From: Eledone cirrhosa
Lineage: Eukaryota
Reading direction: 5' to 3'
Length of the DNA stretch: 64,000 nucleotides
NCBI GenBank assembly: GCA_964016885.1
Contig: OZ024742.1
Span: 302,994,001-303,058,000 of the forward strand
The notes under the pieces are model-generated. The model was not told the origin of the DNA, did no database searches, and saw only the letters and a program-made list of their open reading frames with translations. Numbering within the stretch: the stretch's first letter is position 1; each line of letters opens with the position of its first letter. Made by a program: the position numbers and the translations under genes. Below, piece after piece: positions 27,867 to 40,439 of this stretch.

Positions 27867-28187
27867 GCATACAGGTACACATACATATATGCACGCATCA
27901 GTTTAGCCGACGTTTATTATAACGCCGGCCGCTTTGTTCGTTTGTTTGTCAACAAACCGAACAGCCTGAATTTATGCCATACGGTGTTAAGGCAACCACG
28001 TCACCTTTTTGTTCAACACTGACACAGGAACGATGTACTAGTTTCAAGCTTGTTCGGTTTCAGGTTGTTCAAGCTTGTTCGGTTTCAGGCTGTACGGTTT
28101 GTTAACAAACAAACTAACAAAGCGGCCGGCGTTATAATAAACGTCGGCTAAACTGATGCGTGCATATATGTATGTGTACCTGTATGC

Positions 28188-28282
<95 letters not shown>

Positions 28283-28516
28283 TGCTACTGTACGTCTGTA
28301 TACATATATGTATGTACGTATACATACATACTTACATTTAAGTAAGTGCCATACTAAGAGTGAGAAATGAAATTTCGTTTTCATTTTTTTCAACTTATCG
28401 TGTTCGGTATGCCTGACCGATTTAACTCACTCAATATGCAAATTAGGCTGCTCAGCCGTTAATTTTCATAAGGAAAGTATATACTTTCGAACGTTCAACT
28501 ATCTGGCAGATGGGTA

Positions 28517-28561
28517 AACGGTGCTGATGATAGCTAACAAGCTTGAAACTAGTACATCGTT
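28517..28561 (+). ncRNA. Type I hammerhead ribozyme (first of 14 plus-strand copies)
   Basis: aacggtg-CTGATGA-t-agct(aaca)agct-t-GAAA-ctag-TA-catcgtt. Stem I is 7 bp and extends via ctggca..tggg/cctgtgtcag. Stem III palindrome ACTAGT. Predicted cut after GUA at 28554. Confidence 0.9.
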
Positions 28562-28723
28562 CCTGTGTCAGTGTTGAACAAAAAGGTGACGTGGTTGCCT
28601 TAACACCGTATGGCAAAAATTCAGGCGGTTCGGTTTGTTGACAAACAAACGAACAAAGCGGCCGGCGTTATAATAAACGTCGGCTAAACTGATGCGTGCA
28701 TATATGTATGTGTACCTGTATGC

Positions 28724-28790
<67 letters not shown>

Positions 28791-29231
28791 TGCTACTGTA
28801 CGTCTGTATACATATATGTATGTACGTATACATACATACTTACATTTAAGTAAGTGCCATACTAAGAGTGAGAAATGAAATTTCGTTTTCATTTTTTTCA
28901 ACTTATCGTTTTCGGTATGCCTGACCGATTTAACTCACTCAATATGCAAATTAGGCTGCTCAGCCGTTAATTTTCATAATGAAAGTATATACTTTCGAAC
29001 GTTCAACTATCTGGCAGATGGGTAAACGGTGCTGATGATAGCTAACAAGCTTGAAACTAGTACATCGTTCCTGTGTCAGTGTTGAACAAAAAGGTGACGT
29101 GGTTGCCTTAACACCGTATGGCATAAATTCAGGCTGTTCGGTTTGTTGACAAACAAACGAACAAAGCGGCCGGCGTTATAATAAACGTCGGTTAAACTGA
29201 TGCGTGCATATATGTATGTGTACCTGTATGC

Positions 29232-29263
<32 letters not shown>

Positions 29264-29707
29264 GCATGCTACTGTACGTCTGTATACATATATGTATGTA
29301 CGTATACATACATACTTACATTTAAGTAAGTGCCATACTAAGAGTGAGAAATGAAATTTCGTTTTCATTTTTTTCAACTTATCGTTTTCGGTATGCCTGA
29401 CCGATTTAACTCACTCAATATGCAAATTAGGCTGCTCAGCCGTTAATTTTCATAAGGAAAGTATATACTTTCGAACGTTCAACTATCTGGCAGATGGGTA
29501 AACGGTGCTGATGATAGCTAACAAGCTTGAAACTAGTACATCGTTCCTGTGTCAGTGTTGAACAAAAAGGTGACGTGGTTGCCTTAACACCGTATGGCAT
29601 AAATTCAGGCTGTTTGGTTTGTTGACAAACAAACGAACAAAGCGGCCGGCGTTATAATAAACGTCGGCTAAACTGATGCGTGCATATATGTATGTGTACC
29701 TGTATGC

Positions 29708-29787
<80 letters not shown>

Positions 29788-30231
29788 GCATGCTACTGTA
29801 CGTCTGTATACATATATGTATGTACGTATACATACATACTTACATTTAAGTAAGTGCCATACTAAGAGTGAGAAATTAAATTTAGTTTTCATTTTTTTCA
29901 ACTTATCGTTTTCGGTACGCCTGACCGATTTAACTCACTCAATATGCAAATTAGGCTGCTCAGCCGTTAATTTTCATAAGGCAAGTATATACTTTCGAAC
30001 GTTCAACTATCTGGCAGATGGGTAAACGGTGCTGATGATAGCTAACAAGCTTGAAACTAGTACATCGTTCCTGTGTCAGTGTTGAACAAAAAGTTGACGT
30101 GGTTGCCTTAACACCGTATGGCATAAATTCAGGCTGTTCGGTTTGTTGACAAACAAACGAACAAAGCGACCGGCGTTATAATAAACGTCGGCTAAACTGA
30201 TGCGTGCATATATGTATGTGTACCTGTATGC

Positions 30232-30263
<32 letters not shown>

Positions 30264-30707
30264 GCATGCTACTGTACGTCTGTATACATATATGTATGTA
30301 CGTATACATACATACTTACATTTAAGTACGTGCCATACTAAGAGTGAGAAATGAAATTTCGTTTTCATTTTTTTCCACTTATCGTTTTCGGTATGCCTGA
30401 CCGATTTAACTCACTCAATATGCAAATTAGGCTGCTCAGCCGTTAATTTTCATAAGGAAAGTATATACTTTCGAACGTTCAACTATCTGGCAGATGGGTA
30501 AACGGTGCTGATGATAGCTAACAAGCTTGAAACTAGTACATCGTTCCTGTGTCAGTGTTGAACAAAAAGGTGACGTGGTTGCCTTAACACCGTATGGCAT
30601 AAATTCAGGCGGTTCGGTTTGTTGACAAACAAACGAACAAAGCGACCGGCGTTATAATAAACGTCGGCTAAACTGATGCGTGCATATATGTATGTGTACC
30701 TGTATGC

Positions 30708-30790
<83 letters not shown>

Positions 30791-31231
30791 TGCTACTGTA
30801 CGTCTGTATACATATATGTATGTACGTATACATACATACTTACATTTAAGTAAGTGCCATACTAAGAGTGAGAAATGAAATTTCGTTTTCATTTTTTTCA
30901 ACTTATCGTTTTCGGTATGCCTGACCGATTTAACTCACTCAACATGCAAATTAGGCTGCTCAGCCGTTAATTTTCATAAGGAAAGTATATACTTTCGAAC
31001 GTTCAACTATCTGGCAGATGGGTAAACGGTGCTGATGATAGCTAACAAGCTTGAAACTAGTACATCGTTCCTGTGTCAGTGTTGAACAAAAAGGTGACGT
31101 GGTTGCCTTAACACCGTGTGGCATAAATTCAGGCTGTTTGGTTTGTAGACAAACAAACGAACAAAGCGGCCGGCGTTATAATAAACGTCGGCTAAACTGA
31201 TGCGTGCATATATGTATGTGTACCTGTATGC

Positions 31232-31316
<85 letters not shown>

Positions 31317-31757
31317 TGCTACTGTACGTCTGTATACATATATGTATGTACGTATACATACATACTTACATTTAAGTAAGTGCCATACTAAGAGTGTGAA
31401 ATGAAATTTCGTTTTCATTTTTTTCAACTTATCGTTTTCGGTATGCCTGACCGATTAAACTCACTCAATATGCAAATTAGGCTGCTCAGTCGTTAATTTT
31501 CATAAGGAAAGTATATACTTTCGAGCGTTCAACTATCTGGCAGATGGGTAAACGGTGCTGATGATAGCTAACAAGCTTGAAACTAGTACATCGTTCCTGT
31601 GTCAGTGTTGAACAAAAAGGTGACGTGGTTGCCTTAACACCGTATGGCATAAATTCAGGCTGTTCGGTTTGTTGACAAACAAACGAACAAAGCGGCCGGC
31701 GTTATAATAAACGTCGGCTAAACTGATGCGTGCATATATGTATGTGTACCTGTATGC

Positions 31758-31846
<89 letters not shown>

Positions 31847-32287
31847 TGCTACTGTACGTCTGTATACATATATGTATGTACGTATACATGCATACTTACA
31901 TTTAAGTAAGTGCCATACTAAGAGTGAGAAATGAAATTTCGTTTTCATTTTTTTCAACTTATCGTTTTCGGTACGCCTGACCGATTTAACTCACTCAATA
32001 TGCAAATTAGGCTGCTCAGCCGTTAATTTTCATAAGGCAAGTATATACTTTCGAACGTTCAACTATCTGGCAGATGGGTAAACGGTGCTGATGATAGCTA
32101 ACAAGCTTGAAACTAGTACATCGTTCCTGTGTCAGTGTTGAACAAAAAGTTGACGTGGTTGCCTTAACACCGTATGGCATAAATTCAGGCTGTTCGGTTT
32201 GTTGACAAACAAACGAACAAAGCGACCGGCGTTATAATAAACGTCGGCTAAACTGATGCGTGCATATATGTATGTGTACCTGTATGC

Positions 32288-32348
<61 letters not shown>

Positions 32349-33270
32349 TGCTACTGTACGTCTGTATACATATATGTATGTACGTATACATACATACTTA
32401 CATTTAAGTAAGTGCCATACTAAGATTGAGAAATGAAATTTCGTTTTCATTTTTTTTAACCTATCGTTTTCGCTATGCCTGACCGATTTAACTCACTCAA
32501 TATGCAAATTAGGCTGCTCAGCCGGTAATTTTCATAAGGAAAGTATATACTTTCGAACGTCCAACTATCTGGCAGATGGGTAAACGGTGCTGATGATAGT
32601 TACCAAGCTTGAAACTAGTACATCGTTCCTGTGTCAGTGTTGAACAAAAAGGTGACGTGGTTGCCTTAACACCGTATGGCATAAATTCAGGCTGTTCGGT
32701 TTGTTGACAAACAAACGAACAAAGCGGCCGGCGTTATAATAAACGTCGGTTAAACTGATGCGTGCATATATGTATCTGTACCTGTATGCATATGTGTATA
32801 TATATATATATATATATATGCATGCTACTGTACGTCTGTATACATATATGTATGTACGTATACATACATACTTACATTTAAGTAAGTGCCATACTAAGAG
32901 TGAGAAATGAAATTTCGTTTTCATTTTTTTCAACTTATCGTTTTCGGTATGCCTGACCGATTTAACTCACTCAATATGCAAATTAGGCTGCTCAGCCGTT
33001 AATTTTCATAAGGAAAGTATATACTTTCGAACGTTCAACTATCTGGCAGATGGGTAAACGGTGCTGATGATAGCTAACAAGCTTGAAACTAGTACATCGT
33101 TCCCGTGTCAGTGTTGAACAAAAAGGTGACGTGGTTGCCTTAACACCGTGTGGCATAAATTCAGGCTGTTCGGTTTGTAGACAAACAAACGAACAAAGCG
33201 GCCGGCGTTATAATAAACGTCGGCTAAACTGATGCGTGCATATATGTATGTGTACCTGTATGCATATGTG

Positions 33271-33326
<56 letters not shown>

Positions 33327-33767
33327 TGCTACTGTACGTCTGTATACATATATGTATGTACGTATACATGCATACTTACATTTAAGTAAGTGCCATACTA
33401 AGAGTGAGAAATGAAATTTCGTTTTCATTTTTTTCAACTTATCGTTTTCGGTACGCCTGACCGATTTACCTCACTCAATATGCAAATTAGGCTGCTCAGC
33501 CGTTAATTTTCATAAGGCAAGTATATACTTTCGAACGTTCAACTATCTGGCAGATGGGTAAACGGTGCTGATGATAGCTAACAAGCTTGAAACTAGTACA
33601 TCGTTCCTGTGTCAGTGTTGAACAAAAAGTTGACGTGGTTGCCTTAACACCGTATGGCATAAATTCAGGCTGTTCGGTTTGTTGACAAACAAACGAACAA
33701 AGCGACCGGCGTTATAATAAACGTCGGCTAAACTGATGCGTGCATATATGTATGTGTACCTGTATGC

Positions 33768-33862
<95 letters not shown>

Positions 33863-34775
33863 TGCTACTGTACGTCTGTATACATATATGTATGTACGTA
33901 TACATACATACTTACATTTAAGTAAGTGCCATACTAAGAGTGAGAAATGAAATTTCGTTTTCATTTTTTTCACCTTATCGTTTTCGCTATGCCTGACCGA
34001 TTTAACTCACTCAATATGCAAATTAGGCTGCTCAGCCGGTAATTTTCATAAGGAAAGTATATACTTTCGAACGTTCAACTATCTGGCAGATGGGTAAACG
34101 GTGCTGATGATAGCTAACAAGCTTGAAACTAGTACATCGTTCCTGTGTCAGTGTTGAACAAAAAGGTGACGTGGTTGCCTTAACACCGTATGGCATAAAT
34201 TCAGGCTGTTCGGTTTGTTGACAAACAAACGAACAAAGCGGCCGGCGTTATAATAAACGTCGGCTAAACTGATGCGTGCATATATGTATGTGTACCTGTA
34301 TGCATATGTGTATATATATATATATATATATGCATGCTACTGTACGTCTGTATACATATATGTATGTACGTATACAGACATACTTACATTTAAGTACGTG
34401 CCATACTAAGAGTGAGAAATGAAATTTCGTTTTCATTTTTTTCAACTTATCGTTTTCGGTATGCCTGACCGATTTAACTCACTCAATATGCAAATTAGGC
34501 TGCTCAGCCGTTAATTTTCATAAGAAAAGTATATACTTTCGAACGTTCAACTATCTGGCAGATGGGTAAACGGTGCTGATGATAGGTAACAAGCTTGAAA
34601 CTAGTACATCGTTCCTGTGTCAGTGTTGAACAAAAAGGTGACGTGGTTGCCTTAACACCGTATGGCATAAATTCAGGCGGTTCGGTTTGTTGACAAACAA
34701 ACGAACAAAGCGACCGGCGTTATAATAAACGTCGGCTAAACTGATGCGTGCATATATGTATGTGTACCTGTATGC

Positions 34776-34832
<57 letters not shown>

Positions 34833-35274
34833 TGCTACTGTACGTCTGTATACATATATGTATGTACGTATACATACATACTTACATTTAAGTAAGTGCC
34901 ATACTAAGAGTGAGAAATGAAATTTCGTTTTCATTTTTTTCAACTTATCGTTTTCGGTATGCCTGACCGATTTAACTCACTCAATATGCAAATTAGGCTG
35001 CTCAGCCGTTAATTTTCATAAGGAAAGTATATACTTTCGAACGTTAAACTATCTGGCAGATGGGTAAACGGTGCTGATGATAGCTAACAAGCTTGAAACT
35101 AGTACATCGTTCCTGTGTCAGTGTTGAACAAAAAGGTGACGTGGTTGCCTTAACACCGTGTGGCATAAATTCAGGCTCTTCGGTTTGTTGACAAACAAAC
35201 GAACAAAGCGGCCGGCGTTATAATAAACGTCGGCTAAACTGATGCGTGCATATATGTATGTGTACCTGTATGCG

Positions 35275-35340
<66 letters not shown>

Positions 35341-35547
35341 TGCTACTGTACGTCTGTATACATTATGTATGTACGTATACATACATACTTACATTTAAGT
35401 AAGTGCCATACTAAGAGTGAGAAATGAAATTTCGTTTTCATTTTTTTCAACTTATATATATATATATATATATATATACATGTGTATATATGTATACACG
35501 TATATATATATGTGTGTATATATATACATGTGAACGCACATACATAT

Positions 35548-35652
35548 GAGTGGCTTAAGAATTGGATTCTCAACTGAGAGGTTGTGAGTTCGATTCCCGG
35601 CCCGGGCGATGCATTATGTCCTTGAGCAAGACACTTTATTTCACGTTGTCCC
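35548..35652 (+). mobile_element. tRNA-head CORE-like SINE 5' part
   Basis: A box gtggcttaag, B box gttcgattcc, then tgtccttgagcaagacactt. Confidence 0.6.
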
Positions 35653-35753
35653 TTCTACCTGGATTTGCGACCGATAAATAATATTAGCAAATTGGAAAGA
35701 CCAATGGAAACATTTTTCCTTCCTCCGATTTGACGAGAGTCAATTGACTGTTG

Positions 35754-35800
<47 letters not shown>

Positions 35801-35801
<1 letters not shown>

Positions 35802-37132
35802 TATAAAGTATGTCCATATAACCATTTGATAATATATATACACCATTTCCTCTCCCAATTAGCATAATTAACCACACAAAAAATCAATTAGACCAGGCTA
35901 TAAAATTAAAAGGCACCTATGAAGAAATAGTAGATAAATAAACGACAGCAATCTCTTTGCGGCCAACCGCCATAGAATATATAACCAACATTTCAACAGC
36001 ACGTGGAAATCGATTAAATATACCGTCAACCATACACAATTAGGTATAAAATTAAAGTTAGAAGAAATGCATATACACATTCCAGGATTGTGTTTCTACT
36101 CTCGGGTTCGTTCGCATTTGGAAATATCCTATTAAGGATAAAATTTCGAGCTTCGAACTCACCAGGAAACAAACTCGTTTAGACAAATGATTTTCTCAAG
36201 TGATCTCCACCAGAAACGAATTCAAAATGGCTAAGAATTGTGACGTGGCAGTGGTCAAGTTAGAAAGAATGTCATTGGTTGCTTACGGCGAGTGGGCTGG
36301 TTGCTAGAAAGCGCAGCCCAATATTGCCCAAATTGCATCTCAACCTTATGGGAGTTATTAAATATAAAGATTTACATATACACCAACTAGACAAAGTCAC
36401 AGATATATATGTGATTTGGCAACCATTCACGATGTGGCTCAATGATGAATTAATAAATTAAATAATCAGAGCAATATACTATAAAGTATATCCATAGAAT
36501 CATTTGATAATATATATACACCATTTCCTCTCCCAATTAGCATAATTACCTACACAAAAAATCAATTAGACCAGGCTATAAGATTAAAAGGCACCTATGA
36601 AGAAATGGTAGATAAATATACGACAGCAATCTCTCCGCGGCCAACCGCCATAGAATATATAACCAACATTTCAACAGCACGTGGAAATCGATTAAATATA
36701 CCGTCAACCATACACAATTAGGTATAAAATTAAAGTTAGAAGAAATGCATACACACATACCAGGATTGCGTTTCTACCCTCGGGTTCGTTCGCTTTTGGT
36801 AATATCCTATTAAGGATAAAATCTCGAGCTTCGCACTCATCAGGAAACAAACTCGTTTGGACAAATGATTTTCTTAAATGATCTCCGCCAGAAACGAATT
36901 CAAAATGGCTAAGAATTGTGACGTGGCAGTGGTCAGGTCAGAAAGAATGGGACTGGCTGATTACGGCGAGTGGGCTGGTTGCTAGAAAGCGCAGCCCAAT
37001 ATTGCCCAAATTGCATCTCAACCTTATGGGAGATTATTAAATATAAAGATTTACTTATACACAAACTAGACGAAGTCACGGATATATATGTGTTTTGGCA
37101 ACTATTCAGGATGTGGCTCAATGATGAATTAA
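35801..37132 (-). mobile_element. Two tandem 678-bp units with variant hammerheads (36092-36170 and 36770-36848)
   Basis: Period 678, homologous to 16558-17420. The 36770-36848 copy reads gtttc-CTGATGA-gtgcg..cgaac-GAA-ccc(ga)ggg-TA-gaaac on minus. Both copies are one A short of GAAA, and the other copy has CTGGTGA. Confidence 0.75.
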
Positions 37133-37159
37133 CAGGGACAACATTAGGCGATTTAGCGA

Positions 37160-37771
37160 TCTCTCTCTATAATTCTTAGTCTTTCTCTTTTTAGATACAT
37201 ACATACATATAACGTCGCGCCCTTATAATATCTGTCTGTATGTGTGGCTCTCTGCATTACGTCACATCCCTGAGGATGTCTGTGTGTGTGTGTGTGTCTG
37301 TGAGTTTGAATCCCTAAAATTCGAGAAGTACCCAACCGATTTTTTTCAAACGTTACATGTGTATTACGTATATTTTAGGGAGTGTTATGCACATATTCAA
37401 CAAAATTCAACTTTTTTTTATCCCCTAGGGCCCGCATTAGGTGAAAAACTTCATTTTTTCAGCTTCTTAGGGCTTTTTGGAGGCGTTACGTCTAGTCGAT
37501 TTTCCCGTAAAAATATAACATTTTCCCGAAATTTCAAGGCATATTATGCACATAAAAAAAATTCATTTTCTTGATCCCCTAGGATCCATTAGGTGAAAAC
37601 CTGCATTTTTCCTGCTTCATCGAGGAAAATCTTAAAGATTATCCAGCCATCAGAGTATTCGGTTTATTTTCTTTACAAATTGTCCAGGCATGCAGTTTTT
37701 CCAGGATTAGGTCTATTGGCGGCCTGCGTTCCAAAATACCTTATCCCGTGCAACGCCGAGTACCACTGCTA

Positions 37772-37772
<1 letters not shown>
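37160..37772 (+). mobile_element. Non-autonomous Helitron-like element
   Basis: 3' end cccgtgcaacgccgag..CTAG|T resembles 1081-1109. The 5' boundary is uncertain. Confidence 0.5.
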
Positions 37773-37810
<38 letters not shown>

Positions 37811-37896
37811 GAAAAATTGAACAGGGACAGAACAGAGAGGCAGTACGATAAATGTTTATTAAAATCACGCTCAGGAGAGTGGGGGGTAGGTGGGGG

Positions 37897-37928
37897 ACGA
37901 CGTTTAGGGCATAAGCCCTTCTTCAGGT
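37897..37928 (-). ncRNA. Mutated minimal hammerhead at the PLE 3' end
   Basis: ac-CTGAAGA-a-gggc(ttat)gccc-TAAA-cg-TC-gt. G12 appears replaced by U, and stem I is only 2 bp. Confidence 0.6.
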
Positions 37929-39272
37929 AAGAGTTCAAAAGGTGTGTAGGGGAGTGGTGGAGAGACATATAGCGAAAGGAAACGGTGCGAATGAAAAATT
38001 AACAAATAAAGACAAAAATATAATAAATAATAAATAAAAATAAAGCATGATCAAAATACAAGGAATGAGAAAATTTAAAAATAAAGGCATGATCAAAATA
38101 AACTGAAAATAAAAAGGGGGGTAAACAGGTGGTGGAAGGGTGTGGGGTGAGTAGAGGTGGTGGCGGGTGGAGTGGGGAGAGGGAGACGGGGTGTCCGAGC
38201 AGGGAGGGCTGAAGGTGGTGTGTGTGGTTAGGTGTGCGTGTGTGTGTGTGTATGTGAAAGTGAGGGTTGGGGGAAGAACGGGGTTGCATGTTCAGGAAGG
38301 TGTGTGTGGCGGGGTGTTTTTGTGGGTCGGAGGGTCTGTGCGTGTGTGGATAGGGGGGTGGGGGGAGAGGAATCAGGGGGCTGAGGGTGTAAATATGTGG
38401 TGGGAAGCACGTGTGTGTGGTTTAAGCGTGTTGTGGGTGTGGGTGGCGTGTGGATAAAAAAATGTTTTTTGGGGTGTGTGTGTGGGTGAGTTATATAGGT
38501 GGTGGTGTAAGAGGATGGTTGAAAAGTGGTAAGTTACACGGATGTATGGAGATTTTGGTTGGAAGTCAATAACGCGTGTGGGTAATCCAAGAAGCGGTGG
38601 TCGGAAGAGGAGAGATGTGGGGTACGCGCGCAACAGGAAGTGGTCAGCAGTGGAAGTGCTGTGGTCAGTTGGTGCTGAGACAGTGGTCGGAAGGGCATAG
38701 CAGCAGTCGGCGGAATGGTAGGGAGGCGAGGATGGGTAGGTGTGAGAGTTGGAGTGAGGAGGGTGTGTGTGTGTGTGTGTGTGTGTATTAGTAGGGGTGT
38801 TAGTGGGATGAGTGAGTGTGGAGCGGGGAGAGAAGGGTGTGTGTGGTTCTATGGAGGGAGTGTGGTGTACTGGTGTGTGTGTAGTTTGGTGAAGAGGTGT
38901 TAGTGGGTGTTAGTATACGGGAGGTGGGGAGGGGTGGAATGCAGGTGTGAGTGGGGGTTAGTGGGGGTAGGGTGTGTAGAGTTGGTGGTGCACGAGGGTG
39001 TGTGGGTACGTGTGCGTGGGGTTGGAGGGTGTTAGTGATGTTAGTTGCGTGTGGGGTGGGTGGTGTAAGTGGGTGCGTGTGTGCGTGTGATAAGGAGGGG
39101 GGAGGAGAAGAGGGTAGGGAAGGGATGTTAGTATGTTAGTTGGGGAAGGGTGGTCAGATGAGGGGTGGAGTGGAGGTGTTAGTATTGTTAGTGTGGGGTG
39201 GGCGGTGAAAAGGAGGGGTGTGTTAGTGGTGTTAGTGGGGGATAAGTGTGGGGGGAGGGGGGCGGTCGAACG

Positions 39273-40439
39273 CTAAAGGAATAAGGGTGGGGAGTTCAGG
39301 CCGGGGGGAGTGTGGGTCTGTAAGATGAAGATAGTACGTTGTTCGACCGTAAGGCGATGGGCGGGTGTTCCGTGGCACTGGAGTATGCCACAGACTGTGA
39401 GATGGCGTGCGGAGTGTCCAGGGCCACCAAAGTGGCGGGCGATGGGGGAACTGCCCCCGAGACGAATGTCCCGGAGGTGCTCCGTGACTCGGTCCGCCAG
39501 GCGACGTCCCGTCTGTCCAACATAAGTCGCGCTGCACTCCGTGCAACGAAGTCCGTAGACTAGGTTGGAGGAGGTGCAGCGGAAGGCATGCCGGACCGAG
39601 AGAGGGTGGCCGTTGGGACCCTGGAAGGTGGTAGTGTTGGTGATGTGGGGACAGGTGTTGCAGCGGGGCCTAGAACAGGGGAAGGAACCGGGGGGGAACG
39701 GAGCGTGGGTTGGGGGGTAGGGAGCTGTGGACGAGGAGGGTGCGGAGATTGCGTGCGCGTTTGAAGGAGGGGAGTGGTGGGGTTGGGAAGATGTGGGAGG
39801 TGGAGGGTTCGGAAGGTGGAGGGGTCGGATGGTGCGGTGGAGGGGTAAGGTGGAGGGGTGGTAGGTGATGGGGAAGGGGAGGTGGTGGGTGGGTGTGCGG
39901 TGGCGTGGGGTGAGGGTGGTGGAGCGGGGGATAGCACGGGCGCGGGTGAGAGCGGTGTGGACGAGAGAGGGGGGGTAACCTCTGCTGATGAAATGGCTGA
40001 CTAGGGAAAGGGCCTGGGACTCGAAGTCAGCATCTCGGCTACAGAGGCGGCGGATCCTGAGAAGTTGGGAGTAGGGAATGGAGAGTTTAGTGTGGGTGGG
40101 ATGGGAAGAGGTGAAGTCGAGGTAAGAGTGGGAGTCGGTGGGTTTGAAGAAGGCGGAGGTGACGAGGGAGTGGTGGGAGGGGTCGAAGGCGACGGAGATG
40201 TCCAAGAAGTGGACGTGGGTGGTGGAGATAGAGGTGGTGAAGTGGAGGGAGGGGTGGAAAGAGCAGAAGAAGGAGAGAAAGGAGTCGAGCTGTACTCGGG
40301 TGAGGGTCGTGGCTCCGATACAGTCGTCAATGTAACGACCGTACAGTTCGGGCGTGGGGCCGGTGTACTGGGCAAAGATTTGGGCCTCAACATGGCCAAC
40401 AAAAAGGTTGGCATAGTTCGGGCCCATTCTTGTGCCCAT
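39273..40439 (-). pseudogene. Longest intact frame of the PLE ORF (RT C-half, thumb, GIY-YIG)
   Basis: 388-aa ORF containing RYIDD and GIY-YIG motifs. The upstream part lies in other frames. Confidence 0.88.

Larger units (their letters stand above)
27236..35455 (+). repeat. Tandem array of 472-536-bp hammerhead-containing units (~14.6 units on +, preceded by ~1.6 inverted units)
   Basis: Near-identical ~450-bp core with an internal variable (TA)n. Hammerheads start at 28517, 29025, 29501, 30025, 30501, 31025, 31551, 32081, 32583, 33057, 33561, 34097, 34569 and 35067. Orientation switches near 28054-28090. Confidence 0.95.

Noticed and set aside
27236-35455. CRISPR-like repeat/spacer interpretation
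   Set aside because: The variable part is only (TA)n, there are no unique spacers or cas genes, and the context is eukaryotic.
27133-35573. Many similar short ORFs (YIYIYI.., [11 protein letters not shown]..) in the array
   Set aside because: The frame depends on the variable (TA)n length, and there is no domain. These are by-products of a non-coding repeat.
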